From Gemmatimonadota bacterium (lineage in GTDB: Bacteria; Gemmatimonadota; Gemmatimonadetes; Palauibacterales; Palauibacteraceae), in assembly GCA_022360695.1 (NCBI GenBank), contig JAKSCH010000050.1:1-37527 (forward strand): a stretch of 37,527 nucleotides of DNA, given 5' to 3'. A model generated the notes under the pieces. It was not told the origin of the DNA, made no database searches, and saw only the letters and a program-made list of their open reading frames with translations. The translations under genes were made by a program, and so were the position numbers. This document shows positions 17,174-25,122 of this stretch, in pieces (the first letter of the stretch is position 1; the number at the start of each line of letters is the position of its first letter).

Positions 17174-18136
17174 GTGCCCATCGACGACGTCCGCCGAGAC
17201 TATCGGTACCGGGCCAGTCGCTTCGATACGCTCTCGGGGACGTTGCCCGTGCTGGCCCGCGTTCCGTTGGAGCCTCAGAAATGGTATTGGCAGCAGATCG
17301 TCGGTCCCAACGTGGGCCAGCCCTGGCGCGTCCTACAGCAGGACGCGTGGGATGCGATCAAGCTCCGCCGGACGGAGGACGAACGCGATCTCCTGCGAGT
17401 GCTGGATCTCGAACGCCGTTGGAAGCTCCTTCGGCTACAAAGCGTTCGATACGTGCACAGCGTCTTCCCGGTCGAGTTCGAGCCCTTCGCGCGGGAGATC
17501 GAGCTCGATTCGTTGGCCGGTCACCTGTACGAGCTGCACGAGCCGTTGCCTCGGGCCTACGTGGTATCGCAGCACACGACCGCTTCGGACGAGGTCGAGT
17601 CGATCAACCGCGTTCTCGAGCCGGAGTTCGATCTCCATCGATCCGTGGTGATCACCGCGGCGTCGGATGCCGCGCCGTTCGCGTCTCCTCTCGTGGAGGG
17701 CGAGCGCGCGTCGGCCCCGGGGGCGAGCCTCGCCGGGGGCGCGGACCGGGATGGGCAGCCGGCGTCCGGCGGTGAGAGCCGGGTCGGCCCCGCAGAGCCG
17801 ACGTTCCCCGGGGCGACGATCGTCGAGTCTTCCGGCACCCGCGTGCGGGTGCGGCTCGACGCGTCGGTCGAGGGGTTCCTCGTACTCACGGACTCCCATT
17901 ATCCCGGCTGGACCGCGCACGTCGATGGCGCCCGCCGCGACATCGAGCTCGCGAACTACTTCTTCCGAGCGGTCCCCGTCGCGCCGGGCGACCGCGAGGT
18001 CGTGTTCACGTATCGCTCTTCCGCGTTCACCCTCGGCGCACGTCTCAGCGGCGCCTCGCTGATCGGAGCGGTCGTCCTCTGGGTGTCCCTCGCGCTTCGC
18101 GACCGGCGACGACGAGGTGCCGGTTTACCCGTTTGA
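17174..18136 (+). CDS. YfhO-like protein, C-terminal periplasmic fragment plus final TM
   Basis: 'PLPRAYVV', 'DSHYPGWTAHVDG' and a terminal TM helix. There is no obvious RBS before the GTG at 17174, so it is probably not an independent gene. Confidence 0.5.
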   Translation: MPIDDVRRDYRYRASRFDTLSGTLPVLARVPLEPQKWYWQQIVGPNVGQPWRVLQQDAWDAIKLRRTEDERDLLRVLDLERRWKLLRLQSVRYVHSVFPVEFEPFAREIELDSLAGHLYELHEPLPRAYVVSQHTTASDEVESINRVLEPEFDLHRSVVITAASDAAPFASPLVEGERASAPGASLAGGADRDGQPASGGESRVGPAEPTFPGATIVESSGTRVRVRLDASVEGFLVLTDSHYPGWTAHVDGARRDIELANYFFRAVPVAPGDREVVFTYRSSAFTLGARLSGASLIGAVVLWVSLALRDRRRRGAGLPV

Positions 18137-18207
18137 GAGTCCGTTGATGCTCCACGGGAGGATCTGACCGCTTCGGGGGCGCGACGTCGCGAACGGCGTC
18201 GCCAAAC

Positions 18208-18684
18208 GTGGGGGTCGGCATCGTCGACGCATCGAGTCGAGGGATCGAGGGGAGGCGACGACCGTCGAGGGGCTTCGGGTCGATCGAGCTCCTGATCGCG
18301 ATCGCGCTCATCGGGCTGCTGCTCGCGACGACGGTTTCGTGGGAGCCGATCGATCGTTGGAGCCTCGCGAGGGCGACGCGCCTCGCCGAGACCGAGCTAC
18401 GGCGCGCGCGGTCGGTCGCGCTCTCGGAGCACCGTCGGATCGACGTGAGAGCGGACGACGGTTGGCTCGAGCTGTCGGCCCCGGGTTCCGGACCGATCGG
18501 TCGCATCCAGCTGGCCGGTCCGGGTGGACTGGCGGACTCGATCCGCCTGAGACCGAGGGTCCTGCGGTTCAACGGGCGGGGACAGGGCTCGGCGGGGAGT
18601 CTTTTCATATACCGCGGAAGTCGCGGAATGCGGGTAATCAGCAACTTCCTGGGCAGGGTGCGAACAATTCGGTTTCGCCTTTGA
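18208..18684 (+). CDS. Divergent FimT/GspH-like minor pilin (set 2)
   Basis: SRG|FGSIELLIAIALIGLLL, 'ELRRARSVAL', 'LRFNGRG' and 'NFLGRVR'. Start is uncertain. Confidence 0.7.
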   Translation: MGVGIVDASSRGIEGRRRPSRGFGSIELLIAIALIGLLLATTVSWEPIDRWSLARATRLAETELRRARSVALSEHRRIDVRADDGWLELSAPGSGPIGRIQLAGPGGLADSIRLRPRVLRFNGRGQGSAGSLFIYRGSRGMRVISNFLGRVRTIRFRL

Positions 18685-18887
18685 TCCAGGCGTCCGATAC
18701 ACGATCGCGCCTCCGGACGCTCGGGAATTCGGCGGACATCGCGCCGGGGTGGCGCGTTGCTACGCGGTATCTCCGCTCCAGGCCCCTGAATAGACGGCCG
18801 GGAAGCCTCTGCGCACGGCTGAAAAGTTTTTCGTGTCGAGGGGCCGGCAAACCCGGCGAAAGCCAAGGGCGGCAAGGGCTTAGGATC

Positions 18888-18903
18888 GGGCTCCGATCTT
18901 GCC
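18888..18903 (+). promoter_or_regulatory. Putative sigma54 promoter for minor pilin set 2
   Basis: GGGCTCCGATCTTGCC gives GG-N10-GC with TTGC, 40 bp upstream of the ATG at 18944. Confidence 0.5.
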
Positions 18904-18943
18904 CAAAGGCCGGAGGCTGCGGGCGGTTTCTCGAGAGGTCACG

Positions 18944-19348
18944 ATGGCTCGAAACGCGATCACGACGTCGACAGGTCGACTCGGACAGACCGGTGTGGGT
19001 CTGGTCGAGGCGCTGATCGCCATCGCGCTGACGACGACGGGCGTACTCGCGCTCGCCGGGGGCGCGTCGGTCATCATGGGCGAGACCGATCGCGGTCGAG
19101 TCGACACCGACCGAGCCCTCGTCGCGCGCGCGTCGCTCGAGACCGCGCTCCGAGGCCCGTTCGCGTCGGTCGACGACGGTCGGACCGACGTCCGACTCTC
19201 CGCTCGGTCCTACAGGGCGACGCGAACCGTCACGCCGATCACGCCTCGCCTCGCGGACATCCTCGTCGAGGTGACGTCCGCTTCCGGTGCGACGGCGACC
19301 TATCGGACCCGGATCCACGATCCGCGTCCGCTCCCGGTGGCTCCATGA
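18944..19348 (+). CDS. PilV/GspI-like minor pilin (set 2)
   Basis: QTG|VGLVEALIAIALTTTGVLALAG. GAGAGG RBS before the ATG at 18944. Confidence 0.75.
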   Translation: MARNAITTSTGRLGQTGVGLVEALIAIALTTTGVLALAGGASVIMGETDRGRVDTDRALVARASLETALRGPFASVDDGRTDVRLSARSYRATRTVTPITPRLADILVEVTSASGATATYRTRIHDPRPLPVAP

Positions 19349-20169
19349 CGACCTTCGAGCGGGACGGGTTCACCGTGGTGGAGGTCCTCATCGCCGTCGC
19401 GATCGCGAGCGTCCTGAGCGGTGTGCTCATGGCCACGATCTCGGGGCAGAACCGTCTGCAAGCGGAGCAGGACGCCCTCGCTCTGATCGAGGAGACGACG
19501 CGCGCTCTCGCGGACGGGCTGGTCCCGGAGGTTCGGGCGGCGGGCCCCGGTGACATCGTACGAGCCGAGTCGGACCGAATCGTCGTTCGGTCCGATCTCT
19601 CTCGCGCCATCGTTTGCGAGGCGCTCCCATCCGGTGAGATCGATCTCTACATCTACGACGCCGTCGAGGCGGCGAACCTGCCACGAGGCTTCCGGGGCAC
19701 CGCCATCTCGGAGCCGTATGAAGCGTCGTTCATCTACGCCGACGGTTTCACCCCCACGATGAGCCCATCGCGGGAGGCCGCGGCGAATTGTCGCGGGAAC
19801 GGCGCCGACGCCCCGATGATCGCCCCCAACTCCGCGTTTCAGCGCACGAGCGGGTGGTCGACGGGCTTCGCGACGCCCCCGGGTCGCGGTTCCGTCGTGC
19901 GGATGTATGGAACGCTGACGTACGAGCTCCGCGACGCAGCGGACGGTTCGGGGAATCTCACGGTTCGTCGCAACACGCAGGAGTTTGCCACGTTCTTGGC
20001 GCCGGACGCACGGTTCGAGTACGTCATGGCGAACGGTACGACGGCGACCGACGTGCGGCCGCCCAACCTTCGAGACGTACGCGACGTACGCTTGACGGCG
20101 ACCGCCCTGGGTCGTGTTTCAGGGGTCCCGGGACGATCTGTGGTACACGAAGTGCCCCTCCGGAACTAG
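19345..20169 (+). CDS. PilW/GspJ-like minor pilin (set 2)
   Basis: RDG|FTVVEVLIAVAIASVL and C-terminal 'VPLRN'. ATGA overlap with the upstream gene. Confidence 0.8.
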   Translation: MTTFERDGFTVVEVLIAVAIASVLSGVLMATISGQNRLQAEQDALALIEETTRALADGLVPEVRAAGPGDIVRAESDRIVVRSDLSRAIVCEALPSGEIDLYIYDAVEAANLPRGFRGTAISEPYEASFIYADGFTPTMSPSREAAANCRGNGADAPMIAPNSAFQRTSGWSTGFATPPGRGSVVRMYGTLTYELRDAADGSGNLTVRRNTQEFATFLAPDARFEYVMANGTTATDVRPPNLRDVRDVRLTATALGRVSGVPGRSVVHEVPLRN

Positions 20170-20260
20170 CGGATCGGTGATGAGGATGAAGGGGTCGTAC
20201 GGGGGCGGGGTGATCCGCGGGAAAGCGCGCCAGGTAGCGAAAAACCGGCCAAGTGTGGGT

Positions 20261-20289
20261 TTGACACCACGATGCCGCGTTCCTACCTT
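20261..20289 (+). promoter_or_regulatory. Putative sigma70-type promoter of pilMNOPQ
   Basis: TTGACA-17 bp-TACCTT, 51 bp upstream of the pilM ATG. Confidence 0.65.
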
Positions 20290-20340
20290 CAGCCGTCCCG
20301 CCATATCTCGTCCGTGGCAACCAATTAACGGACGAAACTG

Positions 20341-21387
20341 ATGCTGCGATTTGGGTTTGGGCGGAGGAAGACGACGGTTGGGCTGGATGTCGGCAGCGGC
20401 TTCATCAAAGCGGCCGTCATCGATCACAGCAAAGACATTCCGCAACTGGCCAAGGTCGCCGTAAGCCCCCTCGAGGGGGACGCGATCGTGGACGGCGATA
20501 TCGTCGATCCCGGTCTCGTCGCCGATGCCATCTCGTCCATGTTCGAGCGCGAGAAGATCGACCAGCGCGACGTCGTGATCGGTGTCGGCGGGCGCGATGT
20601 GATCATCAAGCTCATCAAGATGGATCGCATGGACGAGGAGGAAGCCCGCGAGGTGATCCCGTGGGAGGCCGAGCAGCACGTGCCGTTCGACATGGACAAC
20701 GTCCAGCTCGACTTCGAGATCACCGACCCGGACGGCGATGGCCTCCAGATGACCGTCTTACTCGTCGCCGCGAAACGGGAGCTCATCGAGACGCGCATCT
20801 CGCTCCTCCAGCAGGCGGGTCTCAATCCGACCGCGGTGGACGTCGAAGCCTTCGCGCTTCACAACGCCCTCGAGGTGAACTACCCGAGTGCCATGGAGGG
20901 CGTCACGGCACTGGTCAGCATCGGGAACGACACCACCACGGTGAACGTGCTCGACGACGGGGTCCCGGTGCTCACTCGCGACCTCAGCTTCGGGACACGG
21001 GGGCTCATCCTCGATCTGCAGCGCGAGCGCTCGCTGACGGCGGAGCAGGCACAAGCCGCGCTCCGCGGCGAAAGCGGCGACGCCAGCCTTCGAGAGTTCC
21101 TCGCGGAGCGTGCGCAGGAAGTGGCGCGTGGCGTGGAGCGAGCGGCCGCGTTTCTCGAGACCGATGAGATCGGGCTCGGCGTCGCGCGTTTGTACCTGTG
21201 TGGAGGTGGCGTCGGGATTGCGGGGCTGTCGGAGATCCTCGCCGAGCGTCTCGGTGTCGAGACGCACATCGCGAGCGCATTCGAGCGAGTCCAGGTGAAG
21301 GCGGACGCGATCGACTTCCTGGAGCTGCAGGAGATGGCGCCGATGCTGATGCTCTCGGTCGGGTTGGGGCTCCGGAAGGCTGCCTAG
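20341..21387 (+). CDS. pilM: Type IV pilus assembly protein PilM
   Basis: VGLDVGSG, WEAEQHVPF, VLLVAAKRE, VDVEAFAL, LYLCGGG and SVGLGLR (actin-like fold). Confidence 0.95.
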   Translation: MLRFGFGRRKTTVGLDVGSGFIKAAVIDHSKDIPQLAKVAVSPLEGDAIVDGDIVDPGLVADAISSMFEREKIDQRDVVIGVGGRDVIIKLIKMDRMDEEEAREVIPWEAEQHVPFDMDNVQLDFEITDPDGDGLQMTVLLVAAKRELIETRISLLQQAGLNPTAVDVEAFALHNALEVNYPSAMEGVTALVSIGNDTTTVNVLDDGVPVLTRDLSFGTRGLILDLQRERSLTAEQAQAALRGESGDASLREFLAERAQEVARGVERAAAFLETDEIGLGVARLYLCGGGVGIAGLSEILAERLGVETHIASAFERVQVKADAIDFLELQEMAPMLMLSVGLGLRKAA

Positions 21388-21435
21388 GTCGGTCACCGTA
21401 AACGGGCGGACGAGGATCGGGGGACGAGTAAGCGG

Positions 21436-22122
21436 ATGATCGAAGTCAATCTACTACCGGATTCACAAGGGTCCCGTGGTGGTGGGAAACGCGCCAAGAA
21501 GAAGGGTGCCGGACCATCGCTCGGCGGGGGCCTCGGCCTGGCGGGGAAGGGTGGGAACCCGTGGAGCACGGCGTTGCTCCTCGCGGGACTCGTCGTTCCG
21601 CTCGCCGCGGGCTTTCTCTGGTGGTCGCAGCGCTCGAGTGCCGCGAGCCTCCAGACGCGACTCGATTCGGCGACCGCGGATTCGGCCCGGCTCGCCGAGC
21701 TTCGGCAGGTCAGCGATAGCCTCACGGCCCGTCGCACCGAGATCCGAGACCGCGTGGCCCTCGTCGAGCAGCTGGATCGCAACCGGTTCGTCTGGCCGCA
21801 CATGATGGACGAGATCAGTCGCGCGGTGCCGCGAATGGCGTGGCTCAGCTCGCTCCGTCAGACGGCGCCGCTGCCCGACGTCGGCGTGCAGATCCAGGGC
21901 ATCGCCGCGAATCCGTTGGCGATTACGGAGTTCGTACGGAACCTCGAAGCGTCCGACTACATCACGGACGTTCGCATCCTGGGCTCGCAGCGTCAGGGGC
22001 TCGAAGCGGACGGCGACAATACGATCGCGGCGCAGAGCTTCACGCTGACGGCGCGGTTCGCCGAGCCCGAAGGAGGTGCAATGCGGACCGAGCCGATCAT
22101 CGCGAACACGGGAGGCGGATGA
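21436..22122 (+). CDS. pilN: Type IV pilus assembly protein PilN
   Basis: MIEVNLLP PilM-binding motif, TM helix, coiled coil and 'WPHMMDEISRAVP..AWL'. Confidence 0.92.
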   Translation: MIEVNLLPDSQGSRGGGKRAKKKGAGPSLGGGLGLAGKGGNPWSTALLLAGLVVPLAAGFLWWSQRSSAASLQTRLDSATADSARLAELRQVSDSLTARRTEIRDRVALVEQLDRNRFVWPHMMDEISRAVPRMAWLSSLRQTAPLPDVGVQIQGIAANPLAITEFVRNLEASDYITDVRILGSQRQGLEADGDNTIAAQSFTLTARFAEPEGGAMRTEPIIANTGGG

Positions 22123-22715
22123 TGGCGCTGTTGCCGCAGGATCCGAGCGACCAATACAAGATGCTCGGCGTCATTCTCCTCTTGGCGCTGGGCGCGGTCT
22201 TCTACCTGTACGCGTGGAGCCCGAAGAGCGAGGAGCTCGCGGAGCTCGAGCAACGGATCGAGCAGATCGAGCAGGCCAACACGCTCGCCGAGGCTCGCAC
22301 GCAGAACCTCGATACGGTGCGCGAAGAGCTCGAGCTCGGGGAGCGGCAGTTCGCCATGCTCCAGAGACTCGTACCCGCCGAGGGCGAGGTCCCCGCGATC
22401 TACGAGGCGATCGCCTCCGAGACACAATCGCTGGGCCTCGATCTCATCAACGTCGCACCGAGCGAGCCCATGCCGGATTCGGCCGCGTATTTCCTACGAC
22501 AGAACTGGGACATGCAGCTCGAGGGCGAGTACCACGACGTAGGCCAGTTCCTGACGCGCGTCGCGAGCTTCACCCGGATCGTTCGCCCCGACGTGTCGGA
22601 GATTCGACCCGCGGGAATCACGAACTCCGGGCGACAGATGGTGCTGGCCCGCTTCAGACTCGAGACGTTCGTTCTCCCGCCCGACGGGGGCGCGACGCCT
22701 ACGGAGGGCGGATGA
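22122..22715 (+). CDS. pilO: Type IV pilus assembly protein PilO
   Basis: TM helix, coiled coil, 'RLVPAEGEVP' and 'GEYHDVGQFLTRVASFTRIV'. Start overlaps the pilN stop. Confidence 0.9.
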   Translation: MALLPQDPSDQYKMLGVILLLALGAVFYLYAWSPKSEELAELEQRIEQIEQANTLAEARTQNLDTVREELELGERQFAMLQRLVPAEGEVPAIYEAIASETQSLGLDLINVAPSEPMPDSAAYFLRQNWDMQLEGEYHDVGQFLTRVASFTRIVRPDVSEIRPAGITNSGRQMVLARFRLETFVLPPDGGATPTEGG

Positions 22716-23155
22716 TGAAGAGGACGTGTGGAAGGGGCCAGCGAGGCCTGCCGCTGGCCGCGTGCGGGCTCGCCGTAGCGGCCGCGTTCGTCACGACGGC
22801 GGCACGAGCCGAGGCGCAGACCCCGGTGTCGACGGTGTACGAGCGGGAGGTGTTCACGTACCCGTCGTTCGGCCGCCGCGACCCGTTCCGCCCGCTCAAC
22901 GCAGGCGAACAGCTCGGGCCTCGCTTCGAGGACCTGACGCTGACCGGCGTGTTGTACAACCCGACGATCGGCAGCGTCGCGACGCTGATCGACGACAAGA
23001 CGGGACGCCGGTATCGCTCACGAGAGGGCGACGCGCTCGGAGAGATCCGAGTCGCGGCGATCCGATCGGACGAGGTGGACTTCGTGATCACGAGCTTCGG
23101 CATCAGCCGACGTGAGACTTTGACGGTCAAGAAAAACAAGGAGATTGAGGGATGA
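22715..23155 (+). CDS. pilP: PilP-like protein
   Basis: Signal peptide, 'Y...GRRDPFRPL', 'LTLTGVL' and 'REGDALG'. Located between pilO and pilQ. Confidence 0.75.
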   Translation: MKRTCGRGQRGLPLAACGLAVAAAFVTTAARAEAQTPVSTVYEREVFTYPSFGRRDPFRPLNAGEQLGPRFEDLTLTGVLYNPTIGSVATLIDDKTGRRYRSREGDALGEIRVAAIRSDEVDFVITSFGISRRETLTVKKNKEIEG

Positions 23156-24960
23156 TCGCTCGATCCATCCTCGCCTTTGCGCTGGCGGCGTGGTTCGGAG
23201 GAGCGCCCTCCGACCTCAGGGAAGTTCAGATCGCGCCGGCTGGTGCAGAGACCGAGATCACCGTCGTGGTCGGTGGTGACATCACCCCGCACCACTTCAT
23301 GCTCGCGGACCCGCCCCGCCTGATCCTCGACGTCGAGGGCGCGACCCACGATCTGGAGCGACATAGCTACGAAGCGATCGGGCGCGGCGGCGTGATCCGG
23401 ATGCGCACGAGCCAGTTCCGACCCGATGTCGTGCGGCTGGTCTTCGATCTGACGCGGGAGCTCGAGTACGCCGTCGAGAAAGCCCAGGGCAAGGTCCGGG
23501 TCACGTTCGAGAACCCGGGCGAGTCGTTCTCGCGCTGGTCGACGCAGCCCGGAGCGGCCGCGGCCATCGACCTGACGGGAGCGAGCCCGACGGGTCGCGA
23601 CATGCCGGCCGCGAACCCGGCGCCGGACGCTGCCGCGGCTCTGGCCGCCGTGCAGCAGGCCCAGCCTCGCATCTCCGTCGCCTACGACAGCGCGAGCATG
23701 CTCGACGTGCTGGCCGGATTCTCCGAGTTCGCGGGCGTGTCGATCGTCCCGAACGGCGACGCCGCGTCGGTCATGGTCCGAGGCATCGACATCAAGAACC
23801 AGCCTTGGGACGTGGCGCTGAGCGCGATCCTGTCGGCGCAGAACCTCGGCTGGCAGACTTCGGAGAGCGGGATCATCGTCGTGGATCTTCTGGAGAACCT
23901 GAAGACGCGCGACGAGCTCCTCACCGAGACCCGCGTCATGCGGATCAACTACGCCAGCGCCGACTCGGTGGCGCTGGCGCTCGAAAAGCTCGTCACGCCG
24001 GAGCGCGGCCAGGTAGTCGCCTACTCCGGGACGAACTCGATCATCGTCACCGACGCGCCCTCGGTGGTGGCGCGGATGGACACGCTCGTCACTTCGCTCG
24101 ACAAGCGGATGCCGCAGGTAGCGATCGAGGCCAAGATCGTCTTCGTGGACCGCACCGACGTCCAGGAGATGGGCATCGTCTACGACCTCAAGGAACGCGA
24201 GGGCGGGTTCGTCGAGCAGGGGATCAACCCCGAGATCTCGGTACCCGACCCCAACGAGCCGCCGCAGCTCGTCGACACGGACGGCGACGGCGTGCCCGAC
24301 CAGGCGTTCTTCAAGCGCACGAACGAGACGCTCGTGAACCTGGGCGGTGACGCGATCGCGGCGCTCGCGAACGCGAACGATCGAGTCACGTCGCCGGCGC
24401 TGTCGATATTGACCGCCGTGACGTTCGGTGAGTTCTCGCTGTTCTCGTTCATCGAGGCGCTCGAGTCGCACCAGCTGTCCGACGTCCAGGCGGCCCCGTC
24501 GATCCAGGTGGTCGACAACGCGAAGGCCCGTATCCAGGTCGGTGAGCGGACGCCGATCCGCGTGCTGGAGCGCGGGGCGCAGAGCGAGGAGGCGACGATC
24601 AACGTGCAGTTCGAGGATACCGGTATCATCCTCGAGGTTCAGCCGCACGTCACGAACAACAACCAGATCCTCCTCGCGCTCTCGGCGGAGCGGTCGGGTC
24701 TCCAGGTCGGTCTCTCGGACGTCGGGTTCGTGTTCGAGAAGCAGATCGGCGAGACGACGCTGCTGCTCGACGACGGAGAGACGGCGGTGATCGGCGGGCT
24801 GACCTTGAGCGAGGTGAGCCGTAGCGAGAGTGGGGTGCCCGGTCTCATGAACATCCCGCTGCTCGGAAACCTGTTCCGGACCACGAAGGAGAACGAGGTC
24901 AAGCAGGATCTGATCATCCTCGTTACGCCGCACGTGATCATGCCGCGCGAGCTGCCGTAG
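23152..24960 (+). CDS. pilQ: Type IV pilus secretin PilQ with an N-terminal AMIN domain
   Basis: AMIN domain (LADPPRLILDV, VVRLVFDL), PWDVAL, QVAIEAKIV, TGIILEVQPHV, DGETAVIGGL and VPGLMNIPLLGNLF. Confidence 0.95.
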   Translation: MIARSILAFALAAWFGGAPSDLREVQIAPAGAETEITVVVGGDITPHHFMLADPPRLILDVEGATHDLERHSYEAIGRGGVIRMRTSQFRPDVVRLVFDLTRELEYAVEKAQGKVRVTFENPGESFSRWSTQPGAAAAIDLTGASPTGRDMPAANPAPDAAAALAAVQQAQPRISVAYDSASMLDVLAGFSEFAGVSIVPNGDAASVMVRGIDIKNQPWDVALSAILSAQNLGWQTSESGIIVVDLLENLKTRDELLTETRVMRINYASADSVALALEKLVTPERGQVVAYSGTNSIIVTDAPSVVARMDTLVTSLDKRMPQVAIEAKIVFVDRTDVQEMGIVYDLKEREGGFVEQGINPEISVPDPNEPPQLVDTDGDGVPDQAFFKRTNETLVNLGGDAIAALANANDRVTSPALSILTAVTFGEFSLFSFIEALESHQLSDVQAAPSIQVVDNAKARIQVGERTPIRVLERGAQSEEATINVQFEDTGIILEVQPHVTNNNQILLALSAERSGLQVGLSDVGFVFEKQIGETTLLLDDGETAVIGGLTLSEVSRSESGVPGLMNIPLLGNLFRTTKENEVKQDLIILVTPHVIMPRELP

Positions 24961-25031
24961 CGGACGCGGAGCGCCGGGTCGACCGGACCCGGCGCTCGGC
25001 TTGTTCCGTAGGGCGAGCGCCCTCAGTTTCG

Positions 25032-25061
25032 AGGCCCGGCCGAGCGCCGGGCCTTTTTTTT
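25032..25061 (+). terminator. Rho-independent terminator after pilQ
   Basis: AGGCCCGGC-CGAGC-GCCGGGCC followed by T8. A further 12-bp hairpin lies at 24969-24997. Confidence 0.88.
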
Positions 25062-25122
25062 GTCCGGACGCGACGTCCGAGCCGCGACCGCCGAATCGAG
25101 TCACGAGATCGGATACCAATCC

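Larger units (their letters stand above)
15605..18136 (+). pseudogene. YfhO-family (GT-C) membrane glycosyltransferase interrupted by a single in-frame TAG at 17153-17155
   Basis: N-terminal motif IPLWTPFIGTGAPFLANIQSGFFYP and C-terminal motif LVLTDSHYPGWTAHVDG...NYFFRAVPV are both YfhO-like. ORFs 15605-17155 and 17174-18136 are in the same frame (offset 1569 nt) with only one stop between them. Confidence 0.75.
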
